Below the pieces are notes generated by a model, which was not told the DNA's origin, ran no database searches, and saw only the letters and a list, made by a program, of their open reading frames with translations. Position numbers and translations under genes: made by a program. Positions 1-10,566 of a stretch of 64,000 bases of DNA are shown piece by piece. Position 1 is the stretch's first letter. Every line of letters begins with the position of its first letter. Location of the stretch: NCBI GenBank assembly GCA_050246315.1, contig JBFWWG010000001.1, forward strand, positions 128,001 to 192,000. The letters are read 5' to 3'. This DNA is from Nitrospiraceae bacterium (GTDB lineage Bacteria > Nitrospirota > Nitrospiria > Nitrospirales > Nitrospiraceae).

Positions 1-1
1 C

Positions 2-2461
2 CGTCCGGCTGCTGCCCGGAAGGCATTTACGGTCGCATTGACGTTCAAGACCGACCTGGCCGACGCCTATCTGGGTCGAGCGACGGCTGCCGCCCGCATG
101 GGCGATGAGCAACGGATGACAGCGGATCTCGACATCTACAAGAAACTTGGCGGGTGGTTCGCGACACGCTCTGCCAGATCGACCGTCGAACGCGAACTCA
201 ACGAACACAAGATCAGAGGATCAGCCGATCGATATCTGAAAGAATTGCAAGAGGCGGCCGCATCAGACAAACCGTTCGAACGGCTGGTCGAGATCGCAAC
301 AAAAGTCCATCGCGCGAAGGGGGAGCACCGGCTCCGTTACGACGAACTCCATCAGGATCGCCTTCGCGTTCTCGACGAGGCCGTGCGGGACAATCCCAAG
401 AATCCCGACACACTCGTAGACCTCGCGACCTATCTGGTCGAGGAAGCCGACATCCGCGGCGAAAAAGTGGAGCCTCGCCGCGCGCTCGAACCCTATCGGT
501 TCCAAGTTTCACGCAATCAAGAACTGCAACGAGCCATCCGCATCGCCGAGCAGGCGCTGGGAATCGATCCCAAGCATGTCGGCGCCATCATGCAGAAGGC
601 GATCGCCCTCACGGGGTTGGGTGATCTCGACCAGGCGGACCACCTGGCGGATCAGGCTTTGACCCTGTCCGGGAATCATGCAGATGCCCTGGCGCTCTAC
701 GCCAGGTTCCGCGCCATGCGGGCGAACCACATGTCGAATGAAGCCTGGAACCTGCGACAGGAGCGCTGTACCAGTTCAACGCACCAGGAAACCCGAGACG
801 GCATCGTCTATGATGTGACGATCACCACTTGCATCCCACCTTCGCAGGCCGACCTCCAGCGCGCCGCCCAACTCGATGCCATGGCAGCCGAACTGCGTCG
901 TCGAGCGAGGGCCGCCATGGAGAAGGCCGTCGGTGTGACCAAGGGAACGGTCGAGGGATGGCTCCTGCAGGCCGATTTGGCCTTGTGGGACGGAAAGACC
1001 GACCAGGCGCAGGGCGCGTTCGAACAGGCGGTGAAGCTCAATCCAAAGTCGCTGGCGGCGCATCAGCGGTTGGTTCAGCACTACGCCCAGACGGGACAAC
1101 AGGTGAAAGCCGAAGAACAGCAATTGGTCTTCACCGGTCTCTTCCAGACGACGGCCGCGCCGTTATTGAGACTGACATGGAGAAACGCAGAAAGAACCGC
1201 CTGGCAGGCCGCCAGAGGATATCTTGTCCGGGCCTGGCAGATCGATCCTCAAGACGCTCGTATCGCCGCCTACTCGGGGGTGGTTGCCGAGGCATCGGGC
1301 CAGGCGGAGGAAGCGGCAGCCGACTATCGAATGGCCCTCGCGCTCGAAGAAGCGCGCTTGCAATTGGATGAGCAAAAACCCGAGACCGGCCGGGCACTCG
1401 GTCGCGATGCGATGGAATTCGGCCTGGCAACGCAAGCGCGCTTTCACCTTGCCAAACCTCTTCAGAAAAACGGAACCTTTCCGGAGGCGCTCGCCCATTA
1501 TCAAGCCGTACTCGACTACGAGAAGCGAATGCGCCCCGGATTCGAATCGCGTGAAATGTTTACGGCGCTCTGGCCGGACCAGCAACCGGAAGGGGGCGCA
1601 TTGGTCGTCGGACCGAACAACGCCGCGACGTTGATTGCCGATGCTCACCTGCAAACCGGGAAGATCCTCTCGGCCATGGGCAAGCACGATGACTCCATCG
1701 AACATTTTCGAGCGGCCGCCATGCTCGGCCCCCTCAAGATGGCCGGCATGCCGCAGATCGGCGACGGATACGGCAATACCAACTTCGGTGGAGTCGCCGG
1801 AGTCCCAGCCAAGGAAGCGCAGATCCTCCTCGCCAAGGAATTGATCGCCGAGGGCGATGCCGAGGGCGCGCAAGCCGTGTTGTTTGAGGCGGGAAACGGC
1901 GTGCCCGATCACCTGCGCCAGCAGATCAACGACATCAACATGGCGATACTTCGCCTGCCCCCACGCCCCTCTCACGACTCCTACGCCGACTCGGAGGAAG
2001 AAAAGACCCGCCTCGCAGAGCTTCGGACGAGGCAGGAGCAGCAAGTTCGCGAGCAAGAAGAGCGACATGCCGCACGGCAGGCGCAGCGTGAACGCAATCT
2101 TGCCCGCCGCACGTTGACGGGCCTGCCGCTTCTTGCGACGGTCGTCCCAAGTCTGGTCGGCCGATGGGAAATGATTCCGGACAAACCCGCGACTCCGAAA
2201 CGACTGCTGACCATCGGGCCTGATTCACGTTACACGCTGGTTGCCTCCGACGACAGCCCAACGATCCGCGGAACGGCATACCTTCAGAACAAGCAACGAG
2301 GGGGGAGGCGCGGTAAGTCGGAGCCGTCAAGCGGGCAGATCATGCTCTACGACGACCAGTCGGGACAGGTCGGCTCGATGTGGTTCGAGATGACCGGTGA
2401 CGATGTCATGCAACTGACCGGGGCAAGCGGCACCAAGTATGCCGCGAAGCGGCAGCGATAA
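2..2461 (+). CDS. Large TPR-repeat protein with C-terminal coiled coil and small beta domain (5' end outside window)
   Basis: Frame open from base 2 through the 38..2461 ORF; many TPR-like helical motifs (AYLGRA, ALGIDPKH, AVKLNPKS, AWQIDPQD). Confidence 0.75.
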   Translation, partial: RPAAARKAFTVALTFKTDLADAYLGRATAAARMGDEQRMTADLDIYKKLGGWFATRSARSTVERELNEHKIRGSADRYLKELQEAAASDKPFERLVEIATKVHRAKGEHRLRYDELHQDRLRVLDEAVRDNPKNPDTLVDLATYLVEEADIRGEKVEPRRALEPYRFQVSRNQELQRAIRIAEQALGIDPKHVGAIMQKAIALTGLGDLDQADHLADQALTLSGNHADALALYARFRAMRANHMSNEAWNLRQERCTSSTHQETRDGIVYDVTITTCIPPSQADLQRAAQLDAMAAELRRRARAAMEKAVGVTKGTVEGWLLQADLALWDGKTDQAQGAFEQAVKLNPKSLAAHQRLVQHYAQTGQQVKAEEQQLVFTGLFQTTAAPLLRLTWRNAERTAWQAARGYLVRAWQIDPQDARIAAYSGVVAEASGQAEEAAADYRMALALEEARLQLDEQKPETGRALGRDAMEFGLATQARFHLAKPLQKNGTFPEALAHYQAVLDYEKRMRPGFESREMFTALWPDQQPEGGALVVGPNNAATLIADAHLQTGKILSAMGKHDDSIEHFRAAAMLGPLKMAGMPQIGDGYGNTNFGGVAGVPAKEAQILLAKELIAEGDAEGAQAVLFEAGNGVPDHLRQQINDINMAILRLPPRPSHDSYADSEEEKTRLAELRTRQEQQVREQEERHAARQAQRERNLARRTLTGLPLLATVVPSLVGRWEMIPDKPATPKRLLTIGPDSRYTLVASDDSPTIRGTAYLQNKQRGGRRGKSEPSSGQIMLYDDQSGQVGSMWFEMTGDDVMQLTGASGTKYAAKRQR

Positions 2462-2473
2462 ATCCATGTTGCA

Positions 2474-2515
2474 CCTCGTAGAGGGGTCCTCGTAGAGGGG
2501 CCACACGTAGAGGGG
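2474..2515. repeat. Three tandem CGTAGAGGGG-core repeats
   Basis: cctcgtagagggg / tcctcgtagagggg / ccacacgtagagggg directly after the TPR stop codon. Confidence 0.7.
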
Positions 2516-2727
2516 TCTTGCAATCCAACACCGATCCCACCGGTGAATCCAGCTTCTTTTAGCACGGCAATTTACACATTCACCGCTTCGTGCAGACTCT
2601 GCGAAGGCTAGGAATCGCCCCGTCGACCAATCTTTGATGTAATGAGCCTGCCTGCGTGGAGGGCTCCATGGCCCAAGACCTCACCGCTTCGACAGCTTGC
2701 GCTCTTTCGTCGGCAGGGCGCCCAGAG

Positions 2728-3135
2728 CTAATGGCTCAGGCGAGCGAGACACTCGACCAGCGAGATCATCTCGCTCCCGGCGTGAGACTTGAGCGCGAGC
2801 AGGTGGTGGTCTCCCGACACAACCAGATCCGCTTGTGCGGCGACCGCGCATTCCAGAATCCTGTTGTCGGGTTCGTCTTGCAACACGTGGAGCGACGGGC
2901 GTGGGCGCAGGACCGTCGCCGCCTGACTGCTTTCATGGATGACATCCCTGACCTCGGCCTCAGCCCATTCGAATTTGGTCTGCAGCACTCTCGCCGTTTC
3001 TGTCGGGATGGCGACGGAGGTGACGAGTTGAAACGCGCCACGGATCGCTGCAAGGTACGCTTCCTCAGCTTGTCCGCCTGGGATGGCGAGGGCGGAGACG
3101 TAGATGTTGGTGTCGAAGACGACGCGCACAATCAC
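2728..3135 (-). CDS. PIN-domain toxin (VapC-like, PIN_3 type); start may be GTG at 3129
   Basis: VVFDTN, DEPDNRILECA and VSGDHHLL PIN motifs. Confidence 0.85.
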   Translation of the reverse strand: MIVRVVFDTNIYVSALAIPGGQAEEAYLAAIRGAFQLVTSVAIPTETARVLQTKFEWAEAEVRDVIHESSQAATVLRPRPSLHVLQDEPDNRILECAVAAQADLVVSGDHHLLALKSHAGSEMISLVECLARLSH

Positions 3136-3374
3136 CGGCCTTCAAACACCAATTTCTCGACGTCGGCCTCCGTAAGGACGCCTTGCTTGCGGGCTTTCTT
3201 CACCCCATAGCGCTGGAGCTCATAAACTCGTTCTTCCCGGCGACGACGTTCGTAGCTGGTCAACATGTCTCGAAACAACTGACTCTTGTTCTTGGCTTCC
3301 GCCTTGGCCAATTTATCGAAACTCTCTGCGAGGTTCGAGGGAAGGGACAGCGTGATAGGTCCGCGAGGAGTTTT
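3132..3374 (-). pseudogene. CopG/RHH antitoxin lacking an in-frame start codon
   Basis: Manual translation KTPRGPITLSLPSNLAESFDKLAKAEAKNKSQLFRDML...VLTEADVEKLVFEGR*; stop overlaps toxin start; AGGAG RBS upstream but in-frame TAA at 3375-3377. Confidence 0.75.
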
Positions 3375-3913
3375 TTATCGGTCAACTCCTGGATGATGAA
3401 AGAATACATGGGCGTCGGCAAGAGGTCACCTCCGGTGGAGGATTGGCTGAACCCTCACGGCTTGCCGCACGACCTCAATGGATTTCCCGCCCAGCCCCTG
3501 GCGGAACATCTCATCCGCGAGCGGGCCGAATTCCGAGCGTCTGAGAATCACGGACATCAGGGACTACGGACTGTCGTCTGGAAGGTCGGAGGGAATCGTA
3601 AGGCCACAGAGCGTTGCGATATCGAACGCCGGCGTGGTCAATGAAATGAAGAGGCGGATCCACTTGCGGAGTCGAATGCCCTATACGCTGAGGATATTGG
3701 CTCGGCTCGAACAGCCCACGGGTTAGGAAAACAGGTGCTCCGAACCCACTGGAGATGTAGAGGTAGAGGTCCGGCGGCGCAAGGAAGAGAGGTTACGCCT
3801 GACGAGCCGGCGGCTCAACCAAGCAGAGATCGAATCAAATTGTGGTATTTCTCCGGCGGCGTCAATGAAGAGGGCTCCGCCCGATGAGCCGCCGGTACAC
3901 GTCAAGCGAGAGT

Positions 3914-4000
3914 TGGTGCCGAAGCCGGGATTTGAACCCGGACACCCCGGAGGGCGCTAGACCCTGAATCTAGTGCGTCTGCCAGTTCCGCCACTTCGGC
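3914..4000 (-). tRNA. tRNA-Leu(CAG)
   Basis: 87-nt cloverleaf: GCCGAAG/CTTCGGC acceptor stem, CTAGA-TTCAGGG-TCTAG anticodon arm, long variable arm, TTCAAAT T-loop, encoded CCA. Confidence 0.97.
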
Positions 4001-4007
4001 CCCATGT

Positions 4008-4126
4008 GGATGCTGAAATAAGCCTACAACGGCGTTCTCACTTCGCTCAAAGCATCAACGTACCAGCGAAGAGTACGCTTCAGCTTCTCGCTTGCTGCGG
4101 CCTTGTTCTAGGCTTATTGAGCATCC
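4008..4126. mobile_element. MITE-like palindromic element (~120 bp)
   Basis: Imperfect terminal inverted repeats GGATGCTGAAATAAGCCTACAAC and GTTCTAGGCTTATTGAGCATCC; no coding capacity. Confidence 0.7.
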
Positions 4127-4300
4127 CGAGCGCCACCCTCTGTATTCCTTGCGGCCTCCCTCCAGCCCAGCTTGAACAACCTGTTCGGAAGCAATGCGCC
4201 GTTCTCGCAATGCCGACCGCGATCCGATAATGCGGCCTGATTATGGCGAAGGGCCGGAGGTTCCGTCAAGGTGACGCAGCCACTGCCTTCGCCTTCATGA

Positions 4301-5791
4301 TCATGACCCAACCGGCGCACCGCTGGATCGATCCGACCTGTTGAGCGGCGCCTCACGACTGAGATCCCAAGTGCCGGTGAGAACAAAGTCGCGGGGATCG
4401 CCGCTGAGCACGATGCGTTCGCGTGTGATCGCCGCAGCTCCCAACACATGCGCCGCCGGAATGTGCGGGACTTCATCGACGACCAGCACATCGAATCGCA
4501 CCCGTGCAAACAGAGGATCGGCCAGGACGCGACCCGCGGTCGTAGCCACGATCCGCTTATTTTGAACAAAGGCCTGCCGGTTGGTGCCTTCTTCGGCCGC
4601 GAGCAGCTCACGGATCTTTTTGGTACCGCCCAGCCGGACGACCTCCTCCTTCAGTTCCTCATATTCCGGACGCATCTCGCGCGGTACCGCCGCCTCCGGC
4701 ACCAACTCGTCGATGCGCGCCTTGGCAATATCCAATTCCTTCATCAATCCCTGGATCTGCTCATTGTAAAGCTGGCGGTATTCGCCCAGCGACTCGACGT
4801 TCTTGCCGACCGATTGCATCGCCAGCCGTTTCCAAATCGGCAAGCCCTCATACTGGCTGACGATCTGATCGATTTCAGTCACCTTGGTTCGGCACTCCGT
4901 CAACTGCGTCAGCAAGCGCCATTCGAGCAACCGGACCTCGTCCAACTCCTGCTGCTTCTGTGCCTTATAGGCCAGGATCGGCGTCAGTTCTCGGAACCGC
5001 TCATACTTGCGCCGCAGGGCCGCCTTGTCCGCCCGGGACTTGGCAAAAAACTGATGCATCTGCGCTTCGAACCCCAGCTCCGCCATAAGGATGCCCTGCC
5101 GTTCTCGCTCGATCGCCACCTCATACCGGGTCAGATAGGTCTTGTAGGTCAGACCTGACGCCTTGAGGCTCTTGGCCAGGCTTGCGGTCATGTCATCGGA
5201 CATCCGATGGTCGGGGCTGATCAACAGCACGCGCTTATTGGCCCGCACCAGCTCGACCAGCAGGGTCGCCAGGCGACTGCGCCGTTCCGCCAGATGGTCC
5301 GCCCAAACGGTTGTTAGCACTGAAGTTCCGGCTGCCCTCAGGTTTTGGGCCGCCTGTGCAGGATCACCCTCCAGCAGGCCGGTCAACCGTTCAGCCGGCC
5401 CGAGCGTATAGGCCGAAGCCTTGGCCACGATGTCGGCAAGACGCTGCGCTGCGGCATCGACAAAGGCCGTGGTGTCGGGCACGATGGTCACTGAAGCCTG
5501 CTGGGCGCCGAGATCGTCCACGATCTGGATCAGGGCCTGCGAGCCCTCCTGCGCGAGTACCAACCCTTCCGTCGGCTCCATCCCTTCGGGCAAGACGATG
5601 CTCACGGGCACGTCATCAAACAACACACCTCCCGGCGCCAGGTCCGCTCGATACAGGTGCAGGGTCCCGACCGTGGCCTGCCGGTTGAGCTGTCTCGCCT
5701 CGACCGGAGCATCGAACCGGACCGCATCCGGTGAATGGCGCCAGGCCCTCAACTGGGTGGCGCACTGCTCAAGAGCGGAGAGAATCGACAT
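4301..5791 (-). CDS. Upf1/DNA2-like (AAA_11) helicase-related protein with degenerate Walker A and no second RecA domain
   Basis: KRVLLISP, IVATTAG, FDVLVVDE, IVLSGDP motifs with a coiled-coil insert; no GxxGxGKT. Confidence 0.65.
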   Translation of the reverse strand: MSILSALEQCATQLRAWRHSPDAVRFDAPVEARQLNRQATVGTLHLYRADLAPGGVLFDDVPVSIVLPEGMEPTEGLVLAQEGSQALIQIVDDLGAQQASVTIVPDTTAFVDAAAQRLADIVAKASAYTLGPAERLTGLLEGDPAQAAQNLRAAGTSVLTTVWADHLAERRSRLATLLVELVRANKRVLLISPDHRMSDDMTASLAKSLKASGLTYKTYLTRYEVAIERERQGILMAELGFEAQMHQFFAKSRADKAALRRKYERFRELTPILAYKAQKQQELDEVRLLEWRLLTQLTECRTKVTEIDQIVSQYEGLPIWKRLAMQSVGKNVESLGEYRQLYNEQIQGLMKELDIAKARIDELVPEAAVPREMRPEYEELKEEVVRLGGTKKIRELLAAEEGTNRQAFVQNKRIVATTAGRVLADPLFARVRFDVLVVDEVPHIPAAHVLGAAAITRERIVLSGDPRDFVLTGTWDLSREAPLNRSDRSSGAPVGS

Positions 5792-5999
5792 GGCCGAGAT
5801 TCAACTGACAACGAATACGGAAGTGAAACCACTCGTGTCCTTCGTGAACTGAGTACAATACTGAATTGTCCCTCCACACGTCCAGCCGGCGCCGGACCGC
5901 GCTCGCCCATCCCCGCGATAGCAGGTGAGTGGAGAAAGGATTGATCAGTCGGCAGGCAGTCGGAGGGCCCTGCCCCTCCGACCGATCCTCGTCATCTCG

Positions 6000-6029
6000 T
6001 TGACTTTCGGAGCCTTGGACCTGTATTGT
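6000..6029 (+). promoter_or_regulatory. Putative sigma-70 promoter of rplI
   Basis: TTGACT-N18-TATTGT 34 bp upstream of the rplI ATG. Confidence 0.45.
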
Positions 6030-6063
6030 GAACGGTCTTTTCACCAGTTAAGGAGCGGGTGCT

Positions 6064-6546
6064 ATGAAGGTTATCTTGCAAGAAACACTGGAAGGCATTG
6101 GCAATCTCGGCGACGTCCTGGATGTTTCCGACGGGTTTGCGCGCAATTTCTTGTTGCCACGCCGCAAGGCGGTGGAGGCCAGCACCAGGAACGTGAAAGA
6201 GTTCGAGCACGCCAAGCGGGTCGCGGCCGAGCGGGCTCAGAAGGAACGGTTGGAGATCGAAGCCCACGCCAAGAAGATTTCGGCGGTGTCGCTGACGATC
6301 CCGGTCCAAGTCGGCAAGGACGACAAGCTGTTTGGATCGGTCACCAACAAAGACGTTGCCGATGGATTGACCGCCCATGGTTTTACGGTCGATCGCCGGA
6401 AGGTTCAATTGGCCCACCCGATCAAGGAATTGGGCACGCACACGGTGGCAATTAAGCTACCTCGGGATGTCACGGCCACCGTCGCCGTGCACGTCGTGAG
6501 AAAGCAAGAAGAGACCGAACCCGAGGCCGCCCAGGCGGCGTCCTAA
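6064..6546 (+). CDS. rplI: 50S ribosomal protein L9
   Basis: MKVIL...[39 protein letters not shown]. Confidence 0.97.
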   Translation: MKVILQETLEGIGNLGDVLDVSDGFARNFLLPRRKAVEASTRNVKEFEHAKRVAAERAQKERLEIEAHAKKISAVSLTIPVQVGKDDKLFGSVTNKDVADGLTAHGFTVDRRKVQLAHPIKELGTHTVAIKLPRDVTATVAVHVVRKQEETEPEAAQAAS

Positions 6547-6613
6547 GATCCGAGCCAGAACGAAAACAGCCGAACCACCGCCAACTCCTACGATTCAACT
6601 ACAGAGGCCAGGC

Positions 6614-7876
6614 ATGAGTGACGCGATAGGATCTCTGGAGGCGCTGAAAGCGACCGATCTCGACGTCTATGAGGCGATTCAGGCGGAAGAGCATCGCCAG
6701 CGCGAGAAGCTCCTGCTGATCGCCTCGGAAAACTTCGCCAGCCCCGCCGTGCTGGCCGCCCAAGGCTGCTTGATGACGAACAAGTATGCCGAGGGCTATC
6801 CAGGCAAGCGGTACTATGGAGGTTGTCAGCACGTCGATACGGTGGAGACGCTCGCGATTGAGCGCGCCAAGCAGATTTTCGGCGCCGAGCACGTCAACGT
6901 CCAGGCACACTCTGGCTCTCAGGCCAACATGGCGGCCTACCTGGCCGTCCTCAAGCCGGGGGACGCAATCCTCGGGATGGATCTCGCGCAGGGTGGACAC
7001 CTGACCCACGGCAGCAAGGTGAATTTTTCCGGGATTCTGTTCCAGGCCTTCTCCTACGGGGTCGATCGTCAAACCGAACAGATCGATTACGACGTCGTTC
7101 AGAAGCGAGCTGAGGAATGCCGGCCCAAGATGATCGTGGTCGGCGCCAGCGCCTATTCACGGATCATTGATTTTCCTCGCTTTCAGCAGATCGCCAAGTC
7201 CGTCGGCGCCTATCTGTTGGTGGACATCGCACACATCGCCGGCTTGATCGCGGCCGGGCTCCATCCGAATCCCATGCCCTATGCCGATTTCGTGACGACC
7301 ACCACGCACAAGACCCTGCGCGGCCCACGGGCTGGGATGATTATGTGTAAAGCTGAGCACGCGAAGGCCATCGACAAGATCGTCTTCCCAGGACTCCAGG
7401 GCGGACCCCTCATGCACGTCATCGCCGCGAAGGCCGTGGCGCTCAAGGAAGCCCTGTCTCCGGCCTTCAAAGCCTATCAGCAGCAGGTGATCGCCAACGC
7501 CAAGGCGCTCGCGGAGGGGTTGCTCGCCCGCGGCTACAAGGTCGTGTCGGGAGGAACGGACAACCACCTGATGCTCGTCAATTTGACCAACAAGGGCGTG
7601 ACCGGCAAGGAAGCCGAAGCGGCCCTGGATGCCGCCGGCATCATCGTCAACAAGAACGCCGTCCCCTACGACGAAAAGCCCCCGGCCACGGCGAGCGGCA
7701 TCCGGCTCGGGACGCCGACCGTCTCGACCCGGGGCATGCGGGAGACCGACATGCGCCAGGTCGTGGACTTCATCGATCGGGTGATCCAGCGGCCGCAGGA
7801 TCAGCCTTTGCAGCAACAGATTCGGGCTGAGGCCAAGGCGCTCTGCACGAAGTTTCCGATCTTCCATCAGTATTAA
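6614..7876 (+). CDS. glyA: Serine hydroxymethyltransferase
   Basis: [35 protein letters not shown] (PLP lysine). Confidence 0.98.
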   Translation: MSDAIGSLEALKATDLDVYEAIQAEEHRQREKLLLIASENFASPAVLAAQGCLMTNKYAEGYPGKRYYGGCQHVDTVETLAIERAKQIFGAEHVNVQAHSGSQANMAAYLAVLKPGDAILGMDLAQGGHLTHGSKVNFSGILFQAFSYGVDRQTEQIDYDVVQKRAEECRPKMIVVGASAYSRIIDFPRFQQIAKSVGAYLLVDIAHIAGLIAAGLHPNPMPYADFVTTTTHKTLRGPRAGMIMCKAEHAKAIDKIVFPGLQGGPLMHVIAAKAVALKEALSPAFKAYQQQVIANAKALAEGLLARGYKVVSGGTDNHLMLVNLTNKGVTGKEAEAALDAAGIIVNKNAVPYDEKPPATASGIRLGTPTVSTRGMRETDMRQVVDFIDRVIQRPQDQPLQQQIRAEAKALCTKFPIFHQY

Positions 7877-7917
7877 CGCGATCCTGACGCTTCGAACCCT
7901 GAGACGAGGCGCGCTCG

Positions 7918-8382
7918 GTGAAGTGCCCGTTCTGCGACGCGCTAGAGGACAAGGTCGTCGATTCGCGGATGGCCAAGGAAGGCGAGTTGATTCGCCGCCG
8001 CCGCGAGTGTTTAGGCTGCAAGCGCCGGTACACCACCTACGAACGGGTCGAAGAGACCCTCCCGCTCGTCGTCAAGAAGGACGGACGCCGTGAGCCGTTC
8101 GATCGCGGCAAAATCGTCGCCGGCCTGAAGCGGGCCTGCGAAAAACGCCCCATCAGCATGGCCACCATCGAAGCGGTGGCCGACCACATCGAAAAGCGTA
8201 TCCAAGAACTCGGAGAAACGGAAGTCGCCAGCCGGACCATCGGCGAAGAGGTCATGGAGGCGCTCCGCGAGTTGGATCAAGTCGCCTACGTGCGGTTCGC
8301 TTCCGTCTACCGCGACTTCAAAGACATCGACCAGTTCATGGATGAGCTGAAAACTTTGGCGCGCGAGCGCCGCGAGCGGTAG
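7918..8382 (+). CDS. nrdR: Transcriptional repressor NrdR
   Basis: MKCPFC...VVDSR...IRRRREC..C zinc ribbon, ATP-cone, [10 protein letters not shown]. Confidence 0.97.
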   Translation: MKCPFCDALEDKVVDSRMAKEGELIRRRRECLGCKRRYTTYERVEETLPLVVKKDGRREPFDRGKIVAGLKRACEKRPISMATIEAVADHIEKRIQELGETEVASRTIGEEVMEALRELDQVAYVRFASVYRDFKDIDQFMDELKTLARERRER

Positions 8383-8468
8383 GCGGATCCAACCTATCAG
8401 TTCCCTTCGATCTGCGGTAGAGTACAGGCCCCTGCTGCAATGCAGGATACGTGACTGACTCGCGACCG

Positions 8469-9644
8469 ATGAAGACCACGAAATCCAAGGCTCGGAACAC
8501 TCAGCGAAGACGGCTCTCGTCGAAGCGGCTGCGGACGAGATCACCACGCCGGCGGCGTGAGGTTCGGTCCCGACAGGAAGCCACACATGTGGCGATTCTC
8601 GGCGCAGGACAGGGAGGGACGGCGATCATCGAAATTCTCGCGCCGGACCCGCTGGTGAAGATCATCGGCATCGCGGAGACCAATCCCGACGCCGTCGGCT
8701 TGAGTCTTGCGCGGCGGCTGAAGATTCCGGTGACGCGCGATTTCCGCAAGCTCCTGACCATGAAGCGCGTTGATCTAATCATCGATGTGACCGGCGATCC
8801 CACGGTTGAAGCCACCTTGCAGGATTTTTACCGGATGGGCGTCACGGTGATCGGCGGGGCCAGCGCGAAGTTCATGTGGCAGTTGATCGAGGCCCGCATC
8901 CGGGCCACCGCGGAAATTGAGCAAACCCTCGCCAAGTACCAGTCGCTCTCCCGGCTGTACGTGAAGGAAGCGGCCACGGCGGTCAGCGAGGAGCGGACGC
9001 GCATCGCCTGTGAGATTCACGACGGTCTGGTGCAGAGCCTGGCGGGCGTCAACTTTCGGCTGGAACTGTGCCAGGAGCTGGTGGGAAGAGACCCGGCTGC
9101 CTGCGAGGAGACGCTGCGCGAGAGCAAGGACCAGCTCAAGCTGGCGATTCAGGAGGCTCGCCAAGTGATCTTCAACCTGCGTCCGCTCCACTACGATAAG
9201 ATGGAGTTGGTTCCGGCCCTCACGAACTATCTCAAATCCTACGAAACCCAATCGCGCATCAAGACGGGGTTCTCGGTATCGGGCGACGAAATGGCCCTCT
9301 ATCCCAGGACCAAGATCTTCCTCTTCCGCATCGTGCAGGAAGCGCTCAGCAACGTGGAAAAACACGCCAAGGCTCAGCACGCCACCGTGCACCTGCGCAT
9401 CGATCCCGATCACCTGACCGTCACGATCACCGACGATGGAATCGGATTCGATGTCGAGGCGATCGCGCGCGATCCCGAGAAGTGGGATCATTTCGGGCTT
9501 CGTGGTATTCTGGAGCGCGCCCGCCTGGTCGGCGGCGAGGCCGGCATTACCTCGAAGCAAGGGCAGGGCACGAAGATCGTGATCGACGTCCCCATGGTTC
9601 CGAAGGAGGCCGTGAGCAATGGAAAAGACGACGGAAAAGATTAA
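8469..9644 (+). CDS. Soluble HisKA_3 sensor kinase with N-terminal Rossmann-like domain
   Basis: VAILGAGQGG; EERTRIACEIHDGLVQ H-box; QEALSNVEKHA, DDGIGF, GLRG ATPase boxes; start position approximate. Confidence 0.88.
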   Translation: MKTTKSKARNTQRRRLSSKRLRTRSPRRRREVRSRQEATHVAILGAGQGGTAIIEILAPDPLVKIIGIAETNPDAVGLSLARRLKIPVTRDFRKLLTMKRVDLIIDVTGDPTVEATLQDFYRMGVTVIGGASAKFMWQLIEARIRATAEIEQTLAKYQSLSRLYVKEAATAVSEERTRIACEIHDGLVQSLAGVNFRLELCQELVGRDPAACEETLRESKDQLKLAIQEARQVIFNLRPLHYDKMELVPALTNYLKSYETQSRIKTGFSVSGDEMALYPRTKIFLFRIVQEALSNVEKHAKAQHATVHLRIDPDHLTVTITDDGIGFDVEAIARDPEKWDHFGLRGILERARLVGGEAGITSKQGQGTKIVIDVPMVPKEAVSNGKDDGKD

Positions 9645-10302
9645 GGTCCTGATTGCTGATGATCACCGGGTCGTGCGGGAAGGACTCGCGGCCATCCTCA
9701 AGACCAAGGAAGATATCCATGTCGTGGGGGAAGCGCAGGACGGGCATGAGGCGGTCGAAAAGACCAGAACTCTGATGCCGGACGTGATCCTGATGGATGT
9801 CAGCATGCCGAGAATGGGCGGCGTCGAGGCGACTCGGCAGATCAAGAGGGAATTCCCTCACATCGGCATCGTCGCCCTGACGATGTACGAGGAGCAGCAA
9901 TATATCTTCGATCTCGTGCGGGCGGGAGCGACGGGATATCTCCTGAAGGACAGCGACTCCTCCCAGATCGTGGCTGCGATCCGGGCCATCTATCGAGGAG
10001 AATCGCTGATTCATCCCTCGGTGGCGAGCAAGATCCTCGCGGAGTTTTCCCTGATGGCGCAGAAGAAGGGGAAGAAGTCATCCTGGGTGGAGCACGACCT
10101 CACGGAACGCGAGATCACCGTGCTGCGGCTGGTGGCGGACGGCAAGACCAACAAGGAAATCGCCAACGCGCTCGATCTCAGCGAGAAGACCGTGAAGAAC
10201 CACGTCCGCAACATCTTCCACAAGCTGCAAGTTTATGACCGCACGCAGGCCGCGATCCTCGCCATTAGAAAGGGCCTGATCGAGCTGGAGCCGCGTCCCT
10301 GA
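9619..10302 (+). CDS. NarL/LuxR-family response regulator
   Basis: IADDH receiver, DVILMD, LTEREITVL...GKTNKEIA...KTVKNHV HTH. Confidence 0.95.
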   Translation: MEKTTEKIKVLIADDHRVVREGLAAILKTKEDIHVVGEAQDGHEAVEKTRTLMPDVILMDVSMPRMGGVEATRQIKREFPHIGIVALTMYEEQQYIFDLVRAGATGYLLKDSDSSQIVAAIRAIYRGESLIHPSVASKILAEFSLMAQKKGKKSSWVEHDLTEREITVLRLVADGKTNKEIANALDLSEKTVKNHVRNIFHKLQVYDRTQAAILAIRKGLIELEPRP

Positions 10303-10566
10303 GAACCTGTAGCGTATGCCATTCGCTCCTCCCATCTCCTCAGCCATCTCCCAAGGTGACCAAGTCGAAGCTGATCGACCATCGCCATGTCTCCATCAAG
10401 TACTGCGCCCAAGCTGCGGAGGAAGTGGAGACCCTCGCCAGCCCCATCGCCAACTGGAGCAGGCCATTCCCTGATCTCGTCCATCCTCGCGCCTGCGATC
10501 CGGCCATCAGACAACAGCTCCCGAGACACTCCACCGTGGTCGGGCAATCCTCAATTATCGCGCGCC

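Noticed and set aside
1..3913. Integrative element or prophage at tRNA-Leu
   Set aside because: No integrase or duplicated tRNA 3' end seen within the window; cannot be excluded further upstream
10320..10566. Short ORFs between the response regulator and cusA; likewise 3400-3900 and 63040-63600
   Set aside because: No recognisable family or consistent translation signals; possibly gene remnants but unsupported
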